Assembly (NCBI GenBank): GCA_951406725.2
Contig: OX597833.1
Span: 60,016,001-60,080,000, forward strand
Direction: 5' to 3'
DNA from: Octopus vulgaris
Taxonomy: Eukaryota
Length of the DNA: 64,000 bases
Position 1 is the stretch's first letter; each line of letters starts with the position of its first letter. Below are positions 1 to 12,000 of this stretch, one piece after another. Both the position numbers and the translations under genes were made by a program. A model generated the notes under the pieces. It was given only the letters and a program-made list of their open reading frames with translations, was not told the DNA's origin and searched no databases.

Positions 1-35
<35 letters not shown>

Positions 36-334
36 ACATGACCGACCAGGTTATCAGAGTTGCTACACATCGCTGGTCACAATGCGCTTTGCATTGCTTT
101 AGCCTTCAAATGACGCCACCCCGCTGGCTAATCGAGCAGGCCAACAGAAGTAAGAGTGAGAGAAAGTTGTGGCGAAAGAGTACAGCAGGGATCGCCACCA
201 CCCCCTGCCGGAGCCGCGTGGAGCTTTAGGTGTTTTCGCTCAAATAAACACTCACAACGCCTGGTCTGGGAATCGAAACCGCGATCTTACAACCGCGAGT
301 CCGCTGCCCTAACGACTGGGCCATTGCGCCTCCA
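36..334 (-). mobile_element. tRNA-derived SINE family A, variant 3' tail
   Basis: Reverse complement of head GTGGAGGCGCAATGGCCCAG..GTTTCGATTCCC (A/B boxes) shared with 2709, 38510, 59518 and 61505. Confidence 0.8.
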
Positions 335-841
335 CGTATATATATATATATATATATATCTTCATGCACATATGCATACAACAGACAATGTATGTACTGT
401 TAGGTATATTAATGGTATGTTAATTGTGTGTGTATGTCTGAGTGTGTCAGTATTGAGACATAATACTACTAGTTACCTCAGTATATTTAACTAATCTAGT
501 TTCTCCTCTAACTAGTTCTGGACAATTAATTAGTCAAGAGGTCAGTTGTTGCCAATAGTTACTATATTGGATCCATTAGACAGGAACTGTTACTTTTAAT
601 AAATTTGGGCAGATTCTTCTCTCATTCATTTAGCACAGTAGAAAGATGGGTGGGTGGATAAACTCCAGCCTTATAGAAGCTTAAGATATAGAAAGAGTTA
701 ACTCAAGTAATGATTAGTTGTTTGACTTCCAACCACCGCCACCATTATTTATGATAGCTTAATCACTTGGGGAGAGCAATATTGATGACACCTTCCTTTT
801 AGGGTGTCTGAGATATGCAAGAGAGAGGGAAGAATTTATCA

Positions 842-1251
842 TTAACCTCTTAGCATTTAGATTATTCTGTCATGCATTAAGCTTTATTTCAATGATGTGG
901 TTGTTTATTTTTAGAATGACATTGTCGGGTAGGTGTGACATGTGAGAGGTAGATCAAACTGGTTTTAACATAGCACAGCTAGAATATTTGGGCTGTGTAT
1001 GACCAGTTTAACCCTTTTGTTACCATATTTATTTTGAGGTGCTCTGTGTTTCTTTCAATTAATTTTAAATATAACAAAGAATTTAATAAAATAACTTAGT
1101 TATCGTTAAGCTGGTGTTAGGAACGTAAACTGTGACGAAGGTTTGGTGGAAGATTTTAATTCAAAACTTACGAAAACAAGACATTTGTACTCAGAGCCAG
1201 AGACGGTTTCAGCCGGGTTGGTAACGAAAGGGTTAAATACTAAGGAGTTAA
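842..1251. mobile_element. piggyBac-like MITE with a second MITE nested at TTAA (1008-1236)
   Basis: TTAA-CC...GTTAA ends; inner element TTAACCCTTTTGTTACC...GGTAACGAAAGGGTTAA. Confidence 0.75.
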
Positions 1252-1704
1252 ACCCAAAACCTGGCTTGAGTACTTGCAACCAAGTGGGTTTTACTAAAGG
1301 CCTTCAAGGAAATGACAGGGATCAATCACCTTTATTTATAACATGTTGGCCTGGTTATTATTACTATTAGAATTAGCTTCAGTAATAATTACTTTTTCTA
1401 AACTCTTTTTTTTCTTCTTTGTTAGAGCAGCCTATCCCAAACTTTTAACATCTTGACCATTTTGACCAACAAATCCTCTTCAACATTTTCTTTTTTAAAT
1501 ATTTAACCCTTTAGTATTCGGATTAGTCTGTCAAGTGTTATGCTTATCTATTCATGATGTTTTGAATTAGTCATGCATTATCTCGTAGCTTTAAGATTTC
1601 CGTGATTTAACTGTAAATTTTGAGAATAACATTGTAGGGTAGGTGTAAGAGGCCAGATACGGCTGCTGATTCGATTGCTAAAGAGTTAGATATAAAAACA
1701 GTTA

Positions 1705-2222
1705 TCATCATCATCATCGTTTAACATCTGCTTTCCATGCTGGCATGGGTTGGACGGTTTGACTGAGGACTGGCAAGCCAGAAGGCTGCACCAGGCTCCA
1801 CTCTGATCTGGCATGGTTTCTATGGTTGGATGCTCTTCCTAACACCAACCACTCTGAAAGTGTAATTAATGGGTGCTTTTTATGTGCCACCAGCACAAGG
1901 GCCAGTCAGGCAGTACTGGCATCAACCACACTCGAATGGTGCTTTTTATGTGCCACCAGCACGGAAGCAAGACAGGCAGCACTGGCATTGACAATGCTCG
2001 AATGGTGCTTTTTATGTGCCTCCAGCACCAATCTGGTGGCACTGGCATCAACCACACTTGAATGGTGCCTTTTACGTGCCACCGGCACTGGTATCAACCA
2101 CACTCGAATGGTGCTTTTTACATGCCACTGGCACCAGTCAGGTAACACTGGCATTGACCACACTTGAATGGAGCTTTTTACATGCCACCAGCATCTGTGA
2201 CGACAACGATTTCACTTGACTT
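1705..2222 (-). mobile_element. Retroposon family D ((GAT)n tail, GGAAGGGCATCCAG core, internal tandem GTGCCACCGGCAC units)
   Basis: About 10 copies with variable numbers of internal units. Confidence 0.8.
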
Positions 2223-2708
2223 TTAATGATATTTACAATTGCCTCTTTGAGGGGAAATATTCTACAGAATTTGTTTGCAGTAAATGTTGTGTTGTGACTT
2301 TTATTATGCTTCTTGAATTTATCACATATTTCAAAAGTGAAAGATTTTTGTTTTTACAACCTTTCACAATGTGGCACAGTTTGAATTACGACCCAAGCAC
2401 AACAGGGCTAACATGTTGAAAGCATTTGCTGCATGTTGTATTGCAGTTACCTGTCTAATTAGTGCGGTGAGGTTACCTGTGTAACAGTGTGGTTAGATTG
2501 TCTAATTAGTGTAGTGAGTTAACCTGTTTTATATCAAGGTGAGGTTATTATTATTAGATTGCCTGTCTAATTAATGTATATCAACCATGCTATACAGTAC
2601 TTACCTGTATCACCTGTCTAACTCTATGTAATAATATTAGTCTTTTAGTCTCATTTCTGTAGACTGCATCTAATCCTGTCTACCATCATTGTTTCTATTC
2701 TCAACAGT

Positions 2709-3095
2709 GTGGAGGCACAATGGCCCAGTGGTTAGGGCAGCGGACTCGCGGTCGTAGGATCGCGGTTTCGATTCCCAGACCGGGCGTTGTGAGTGTTTAT
2801 TGAGCGAAAACACCTAAAGCTCCACGAGGCTCCAGCAGAGATGGTGGTGATCCCTGCTGTACTCTTTCACCACAACTTTCTCTCACTCTTACTTCCTGTT
2901 TCTGTTGTACCTGTATTTCAAGGGGCCGGCCTTGTCACTCTCTGTGTCACGCTGAATATCCCCGAGAACTACGGTAAGGGTACACGTGTCTGTGGAGTGC
3001 TCAGCCACTTACACGTTAATTTCACGAGCAGGCTGTTCCGTTGATTCGGATCAACCGGAACCCTCATCGTCGTAACCGACGGAGTGCTTCCATCC
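2709..3095 (+). mobile_element. tRNA-derived SINE family A, full length, 77-bp flanking duplication
   Basis: Pol III A/B boxes; near-identical to 38510-38893 and 61505-61877. Confidence 0.88.
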
Positions 3096-3276
3096 AATAA
3101 TATTAGTCTTTTAGTCTCAGTTCTGTAGACTGCATCTAATCCTGTCTACCATCATTGTTTCTATTCTCAACAAGTATTTTGCCCCCATCATCATCATCAT
3201 CATCACCACCACCACCACTAATCCCCTTCCAGTTTGTCGCCCTAATCCTGACCATTCTGTGTATTGTGTGTTTCAG

Positions 3277-3507
3277 CTGCAGTTATGCGAAGAAGACCAG
3301 GAAAATTACCATCATCGAGGGAACGAGGAAGGAGAGCTGCAGTTTATGTTGCGGGTTATGTCAAAGGACAAAACCTGGAACATCCGACGCAGCTATGACA
3401 ACTTTCGCATGCTTGATAAACAGCTACACAAATGCATCTTTGACCGACGCTTCAGCCATCTGCCAGAACTTGGCAGTCAGAGTGATATTTCGAATATCAC
3501 AGAAACA
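3277..3507 (+). CDS. ARHGAP32: Exon: PX domain (phase 0-0)
   Basis: tttcag|CTG...ACA|gtgagt; 231 nt; LQLCEEDQ...RRSYDNFRMLDKQLHKCIFDRRFSHLPEL...ITET. Confidence 0.9.
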
Positions 3508-5975
3508 GTGAGTTCATTTTCATGCTAAATTTTTTTGTTTTATTTTCAGGGTTTAAGCATTTAAGTGTGGGTTGGCTAGTGCTGTAAATTCAGTCTGTTG
3601 TATAAACTTTCAAAGCAGTTTATAGGCGCAGGAGTGGCTGTGTGGTAAGTAGCTTGCCAACCAACCACATGGTTCCGGGTTCAGTCCCACTGCGTGGCAC
3701 CTTGGGCAAGTGTCTTCTACTATAGCCTCAGGCCGACCAAAGCCTTGTGAGTGGATTTGGTAGACGGAAACTGAAAGAAGTCTGTCGTATATATGTATAT
3801 ATATGTATGTGTGTGTATGTGTTTGTGTGTCTGTGTCTGTCCCCCTAGCATTGCTTGACAACCGATGCTGGTGTGTTTATGTCCCCGTCACTTAGCGGTT
3901 CAGCTAAAAGAGACCGATAGAATAAGTACTGGGCTTACAAAGAATAAGTCCCGGGGTCGAGTTGCTCGACTAAAGGCGGTGCTCTAGCATGGCCGCAGTC
4001 AAATGACTGAAACAAGTAAAAGAGTAAAGAGAGTTTATTGTTGTTAGTTGTATGTCTTTCTCTGTAACTATGGTGGCTTCTGTTTGAAATCATGAGATCA
4101 GAGGAGAAGAGAAAGTAATTTTATATAAGACTATACAGTTACCTTTACACTAAAGTAATAACACTATAATTATGACACCTACAAAGATAGTGAATGTCAG
4201 ATAAAGGGCCCTAATTTACGCCAAGTTGGGGTTTCATTGACCTTCTGTGTAGTCTATATATTCTCTCTCTTTTACTCTTTTACTTGTTTCAGTCATGTGA
4301 CTGTGGCCATGCTGGAACACCGCCTTTAGTTGAACAAATCGACCCAGGACTTATTCTTTGTAAGCCTAGTACTTAATCTATCGGTCTCTTTTTGCCGAAC
4401 CGCTAAGTTACGGGGACGTAAACACACCACCATCAGTTGGCAAGCGATGTTGGGGGGACAAACACAGACACACACAAACACACACACACACATATATATA
4501 TATACATATACATATATACGACGGGCTTCTTTCAGTTTCCGTCTACCAAATCCACTCACAAGGCATTGGTCGGCCCGAGGCTATAGTAGAAGACACTTGC
4601 CCAAGGTGCCACGCAGTAGGACTGAACCCGGAACCATGTGGCTGGTAAACAAGCTACTTACCACACAGCCACTCCTGCGCCTCTCCTATATGAGGGAATA
4701 ATGAGAAGTTCCTAGCTTTAAGGGTATCGTGTAGGGCCTGGTTGGAAGCCCAACATACCAAGTTCTTTCACAGAGCTTAGAAAAAACTGAAGGACTGTTG
4801 CCACAAGTGTGTGAATCCGAGAGGGGAATATGTTGAATAAGATCATAATTTATTGATCCTTCTGTATTTTCTCTTGCCCAAAGTCAGGAACTTTTCTGTA
4901 TCCCTTTGTAAAGCATTACTTCTTATATTCCATACTTTGGTCTGCAATTTTTCAGATTAGGTTGTTGTGCCTTGTTGATGGATTTCATTAGTGTAAGATT
5001 GTAGGAATGTAATCCTTTAGATTTGTTGGGGTCAGCAGAATGATGTTTTCTGTTTAAAGCTAACTTAGTACCAATGTCCTTATTTCTTTATTGCCCACAG
5101 GGGGCTAAACATAGAGGGGACAAACAAGGACAGACAAAGAGATTAAGTCGATTACATCGATTCCAGTGCATAACTGGTACTTGTTTAATCGACCCTGAAA
5201 GGATGAAAAGCAAAGTTGACCTTGGTGGAATTTGAACTCAGAACCTAACGGCAGACAAAATAATGCTAAGCATTTTGCCCGGCGTGCTAACGTTTCTGCC
5301 AGCTCGCCGCCTTGAACCAATGTTCTACCATTCCTTCACCTATAAACTATGTATTTATATTTAATCTGTGGACAAATGGAGTAGTATGTCTTGCTTAAGG
5401 ACATAATATGAAGTACACTGAAGAAAACTCAATCCCTGACAACTATCATTATTGAGAGTATGGGTGGGGACAGATACAGGACCATTATAGCCCCCACTTT
5501 ATTACTAGCGCTGCCCTACAGCTAAAGATAGTCTTTTGGATTCACTTGTGCTACCACACTGGTAATGTGTTTATATAAGTTATTTAGAAGTGAGAAAGGA
5601 GTGGTGTCTCTGACATCTGGTGGTCAGTATCTCCCAGACCAGTAACATTGATGTGGCTGATGTCCAGGTTTAAAATGTTCTGGTCCACGTCTTCAGAATA
5701 AATGCATGTGAGAAAGGGAGTATCAAATTTATACCCTAACAACAAAGGAACCTCACTAAAGGCACCAAAGTACCCTATACTCTTTACTCTCTTTTACTTG
5801 TTTCAGTCATTTGACTGCGGCCATGCTGGAGCACCACCTTTAGTCGAGCAAATTGACTCCAGGACTTATTCTTTGTTGGCCTAGTACTTATTCTATCGGT
5901 CTCTTTTGCCGAACCGCTAAGTTACAGGGACGTAAACACACCAGCATTGGTTGTCAAGCTATGTTGGGGGGACAA

Positions 5976-6026
<51 letters not shown>

Positions 6027-9000
6027 TACGACAGGCTTCTTTCAGTTTCTGTCTACCAAATCCACTCACAAAGCTTTGGTCGGCCCGAGGCTATAGTAGA
6101 AGACACTTGAACAAAGTGCCACGCAGTGGGACTGAATCCAGAACCATGTGGCTGGTAAGCAAGCTACTTACCACACAGCCACTCCTGCACCTGTCACCCT
6201 ATGGTGTCAGTCTTTAACTGGATTGCTTAACTTTTCCTCAGGACATCTCCCAACTGTTGTTTGACTTCATGAGGGTAAAAACAGTTCATTTCAATGGGTG
6301 GATAGGAACAGAATATGCAAAAGCCACTGCAAGTGAAAAGCGTTGACTGTGTCAACTGACCAACAACTTTTACTCGGTCATTACATAGGGTGACAAGTGA
6401 GTGGCTAGGAAATTCTAAGATGGGTGATGTTGGTGTGATTCATGTTCTGGATGGAAATAGGTGATGGTGGTGGGGGTCTAGTGGGTATGTAGTTCTGTTG
6501 TGGAAAGATCGAAGGAATATTTTGTGCTGAGTTTATCGTGGGCCCCAGTAAGGAAGGATGAAAGAAGGCCAGGAGGATGTTTGGACCAATTTTTGTAGAC
6601 ATTGGTGGTTGAGAGAAACTGCAGTTGTGAGTGCCTTGGGAAAGGAAAAAAGATAAGGGAGTCAACCTCAACAGCAAATTAAGGAGCAGTCCTTAGATGG
6701 TCCAGTGCCTTCTTTGACATTCTCTTGCAAACTCCAAGGTAGGTGGTGCTCTCCACTCCTGTAAGACAATCCACTTAGGAGGGGGCCACTCCAATGTAAA
6801 ATCTACAGCTTGCTGATCACCAGATAACTATATTAGCTATCTTCCAAATCTAAAGATTGGGATTGGATTGTGCTGACCGACTCGACTCGCTTTGACCGTT
6901 TTGTTACCTTATTTCTGTTAACCTATGCAGCCTTAGTTTCCATTGATTTCTAAAATAATGGAAAATTTAATAAAATAACTTTCTCATTGTTAAGCTGGGG
7001 TCTGGGACAAATTAGCATAAAATTTTTAATGGGAGCTTATAATTCAGACCCCTTTAAAACAGTAAGTTTACGTCATTGAACCTGGTGCAGTTTCAGGTGG
7101 GTTGGTATCGACCCCAGGGACTTATTCTTTTTGTAAGCCCAGTACTTATTTTATCGGTCTCTTTTGCCGAACCGCTAAGTAACGGGGACATAAACACACC
7201 AACATCGGTTGTCAAGCAATGCTAGGGGGACAAATACAGACACACAAACATACACGCACTCATATACATATATATACATATATACAACGGGCTTCTTTCA
7301 GTTTCCGTCTACCAAATCCACTCACAAGGCTTTGGTCGGCCCGATGCTATAGTAGAAGACACTTGCCCAAGGTGCCACGCAGTGGGACTGAACCCGGAAC
7401 CATGTGGTTGGTAAACAAGCTACTTACCACACAGCCACTCCTGCACCTACTAAGAAAAGCCTTAAACACTTGTGGGTGTGCTGCTCTTCCTCAAGATCTT
7501 CAGACATGAAGAGACTGCCATCATCATCAATGTCCCCACAACAAAATAACTGACTTGAAATAGATGGAGGAGGAAGAGGGAGTGGCAGTGATAGATTATG
7601 GTGGTGGTGATGGTGAGGACATCTGAAATGCTAGGTTTGAATTCTTGACTTGCTGGTTAATAGCCCAGCACTTAAATTAACCGACTGATTTAGATTTTAG
7701 AATCAGAAAATTACTGCCTTCTTCACCATCATTAGATAAGGATCTCATCATTGTGTATCCATAGGAGTGGCTGTGTGGTCAGTAGCTTGTCTACCAACCA
7801 CATGGTTCTGGGTTCAGTCCCACTGCGGGGCACCTTGGGCAAGTGTCTTCTACTATAGCCTCGGGCCGACCAAAGCCTTGTGAGTGGATTTGGTAGACGG
7901 AAACTGAAAGAAGCCCGTCGTATATATGTGTGTGCGTTTGTGTGTCTGTGTTTGTCCCCCTAGCATTGCTTGACAACCAATGCTGGTCTGTTTATGTCCC
8001 CGTCACTTAGCGGTTCGGCCAAAGAGACCGATAGAATAAGTACTGGGCTTACAAAAGAATAAGTCCCGGGATCGAGTTGCTCAACTAAAGGCGGTGCTCC
8101 AGCATGGCTGCAGTCAAATGACTGAAACAAGTAAAAGAGTAAAGAGAGTAAATATGTCAGCTCTTATCAAACACTATAGACGTGTGTGTGTGTGTTTATG
8201 TATGTATATGATTGTAGGGTGAGATTTGAGGGAGGTTTGGTTGCTATATCTAACAGGAATAATGAACCTGTAAAAGGAAATTCTTATGGGTTCACTATTA
8301 CTGCTGTGTGGTGCAATATTTGTGCCTGTGGTGTGTGTATATGTTATGTCTGATGTGTGTGTGTGTATTATGTCTGCTGTGTTTGTGTTATGTATGATGT
8401 GTTTGTGTGATTATGTCTATAATGTGTGTGTGTGTTTGTAATGTGTATGTGTGCATGTGATGTGTGTGTGTGTGTGAAGAAGAAAAATGGCCAAATTTGC
8501 CCCAAAGATGAAAGATGTCCTGTTTGAGGTCGAATTACAACTGAGCTATTTCTTAGTCTCGTCACATCTCCTTTTAATTAATTAGAGATGGGACGACTTG
8601 ATATCATACAAGCTCCCTAATTGGACGACGCCCCGTATTGATGTTGTCATGGTTATTGCTTCCTGTTCTTAATAAATGCCATCAGTTGGTGATGGTAGGG
8701 GGATAAGACTAGATCCAGAAGCACTTATACACTTTCTCTTACACATATATCTACACACACACACACACACTTACAAACATACACCTACACACATACACAC
8801 ACACACACACTTACAAATATACACCTACACACACACACACACACACACTTACAAACATACACCTACACACACACACACACACTTACAAACACACACCTAC
8901 ACATACTTTCTCTTACACATACATCTACACACACACACACACACACACTTACAAACATACACCTACACACACACACATACACACACTTACAAACATACAC

Positions 9001-12000
9001 CTACACACACACACACACACTTACAAACATACACCTACACACACACACACACAAACATACACCTACACACACACACACACACACACACTTACAAACATAC
9101 ACCTACACACACACTTACAAACACACACCTACACACACACACACACCTACACACACATGAAATGATACTTCAGATTTGTTGCTATGGTTTCAGTTAATTA
9201 AACTGACATACTTAATATGACATATTTTCATTTAAAAACAACCCTTCCCCCCCTTCCCCCAGTTTTTGTAGTAGAGTGCAGGGATAGTGAAGACAATGAG
9301 CAATGGTTGTGATGGACCCCTATCTTCTGGGTGTGGGATATTAGAGCTTTATCTGATAGATTGACTGGGTGTTTCACCTCCCTGGGTATCTGGTTTCCCT
9401 ATGTTCCATGCCAGGGGGGAGACTGAAAATATAGTTATGTAGCAGAGAGGAAAGCATGTTGCTGCAGCTGGTCTGGAAATGAGAAAAAGTGGGAAATTGT
9501 GTGTATAGGCGCAGGAGTGGCTGTGTGGTAAGTAGCTTGCTAACCAACCACATGGTTCCGGGTTCAGTCCCACTGCGTAGCACCTTGGGCAAGTGTCTTC
9601 TGCTATAGCCCCGGGGCCGAACAATGCCTTGTGAGTGGATTTGGTAGACGGAAACTGAAAGAAGCTTGTCGTATATATGTATATATATATATGTATGTGT
9701 GTGTGTGTTTGTGTGTCTGTGTTTGTCTCCCTAGCATTGCTTGACAACCGATGCTGGTGTGTTTACGTCCCCGTAACTTAGCGGTTCGGCAAAAGAGACC
9801 GATAGAATAAGTACTGGGCTTACAAAGAATAAGTCCCGGGGTCGATTTCCTCGACTAAAGGCGGTGGTCCAGCATGGCCGCAGTCAAATGACTGAAACAA
9901 GTAAAAGAGAGAGAGAGAGTATGTACTGTAAGTTTTGGTATCCAAGTCAAATTTTTCAGGCCAAAATTTCCAGACAAAAAAATGACAGGTCAACTTAAAG
10001 TACCTAGATAATTTTTAAAGGGCCTAAACAAGTACATATAAAATTCAGCAGGATTTGGAAAGATAGTCATGCTATTTATTTACACTGCATGCTTTCACCA
10101 TATACTATGTTGACTTGTATACCAGAAAATACAGTATGTATGTGTGTGTGTCTCTGTGTGGGTGTAAATGTTGCTGGGAGGAAGAGGTGTGTCCTGTTGG
10201 CACCCAGTCAGTAAAAGTAAAACATTCTACCGAAGAAAACAAGTTATGAAGGAATTTCAGCATGACTTCATCATGTTGTATTGTCAGCCAGCTCTGTTAC
10301 ATGGTGTTAGATAAAGTTATATCCACTATGTCTGAATAAAAGATGGGATGGTCGAGGTTGGAACATCTTTGATTGTAGATGTGTTAGGGATAAAAAGCAG
10401 CATAATTTCATTCGTATCATCACACTACCATACAGCATAATGCATATTATACCTATTTCTTTATTACCCACAAGGGGCTAAACATAGAAGGAACAAACAA
10501 GGACAGACAAAGGTATTAAGTCGATTACATCAACCCCAGTGTGTAACTGGTACTTAATTTATCGACCCCGAAAGGATGAAAGGCAAAGTCGACCTCGGCG
10601 GAATTTGAACTCAGAACGTAACGGCAGATGAAATACCTATTTCTTTACTATCCACAAGGGGCTAAACATAGAAGGAACAAACAAGGACAGACGAAGGGAT
10701 TAAGTCGATAACATCAACCCCAGTGTGTAACTGGTACTTAATTTATCGACCCCGAAAGGATGAAAGGCAAAGTCGACCTTGGCGAAATTGGAACTCAGAA
10801 CGTAAGGGCAGATGAAATACCGTTAAGCATTTCACCCAGCGTGCTAACATTTCCGCCAGCTCGCCGCCTGTGGTGGTATAGTGCATATTATACCACCACA
10901 GCATAGCTTCACTACCACCACACCACACGACAAAAGCCAGTATCACATGACCACACACACTACTATAACACTGTCTACAAAAGCAACCAATCCACACTTG
11001 CTCTATTATGTTCAATCAACTGGACTGCCACGTTTGAGTAACTAGGAAGAAGATGCAGTATTAATTCATATCCATCTCTTGATGTAAGCATGAAGACTGA
11101 GTTACAGGGAAGGGAAGTGCTATGTGATGTTGTGGCATTCATATTTTCCTCATGCTTGAGGAAACTGCATCAAAAGAAGTGAGCTTATCATCATCATCAT
11201 CATCATTTAACATCCGCTTTCCATGCCAGCATGGGTTGGACGATTTGACTGAGGTCTGGCGAACCAGACTCCAATCTGATCTGGCAGAGTTTCTACAGCT
11301 GGATGCCCTTCCTAATGCCAACCACTCCGAGAGTGTAGTGGGTGCTTTTACGTGCCACCGGCACAAGGGCCAGTTTGGTGGTTGTAAAAAAAAATAGAAG
11401 TTTTTATTTGCTGTTAAATGTCTCCCTTTTCCACCTCTCTTTCTCTCACACTTTTGTCTGTCTGTGTGTCCTTCAGGAGATGCAAGAACTGCTGCAGAAA
11501 TATCTGAAACGGTTCTCATCCATTGCTGGAAGTATGATCTACTGCGGCTCCATACTCAACTGGCTCGAGGTAAGAATAATAATAATAATAATGTCTCACT
11601 TTATTCTCTAACTCCACACACAACTTGTCACATGACTGGCATCAAAGTTCTTTCATTGGTTGTAACTAAATAACAAGATGTATTCACACTTGAAATTCTC
11701 CTTGCAAAAGGTCTTAAAACTAGTTTAACCATTTTAAATTTGTCTTTGATATTCCCATTGTACACACTGAGCTGTACATGATTAATTATGAATTACTTAA
11801 TTTTCAAATTCCAAACTCCATCTGTCTAACTAACACCCATGGACATGTTTACAAAGTCAGAAAACAGCACAGCTCCCATGAATTTCGGAAACATTTTTTC
11901 ACGCTGAGAGTTGCTGAAGCATGGAACAAACTGCCGGCATCAGTTGTTAGTTGTCGGAGCACTGCATCCTTCAAAACTTCCATGCTTCCTGAGATTCACC

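Noticed and set aside
2709-2785. tRNA gene
   Set aside because: tRNA-like SINE head: no proper acceptor stem, and it continues into the repeat body; the same holds for the other SINE heads
4326-4701. Recurring ORFs such as RRHLPKVPRSGTEPGTMWLV and LQLDALPNANHS as a gene family
   Set aside because: Chance translations of SINE families C and D; frames are not preserved among copies
8676-9197. His/Thr-rich 173-aa ORF
   Set aside because: Translation of (CA)n repeats
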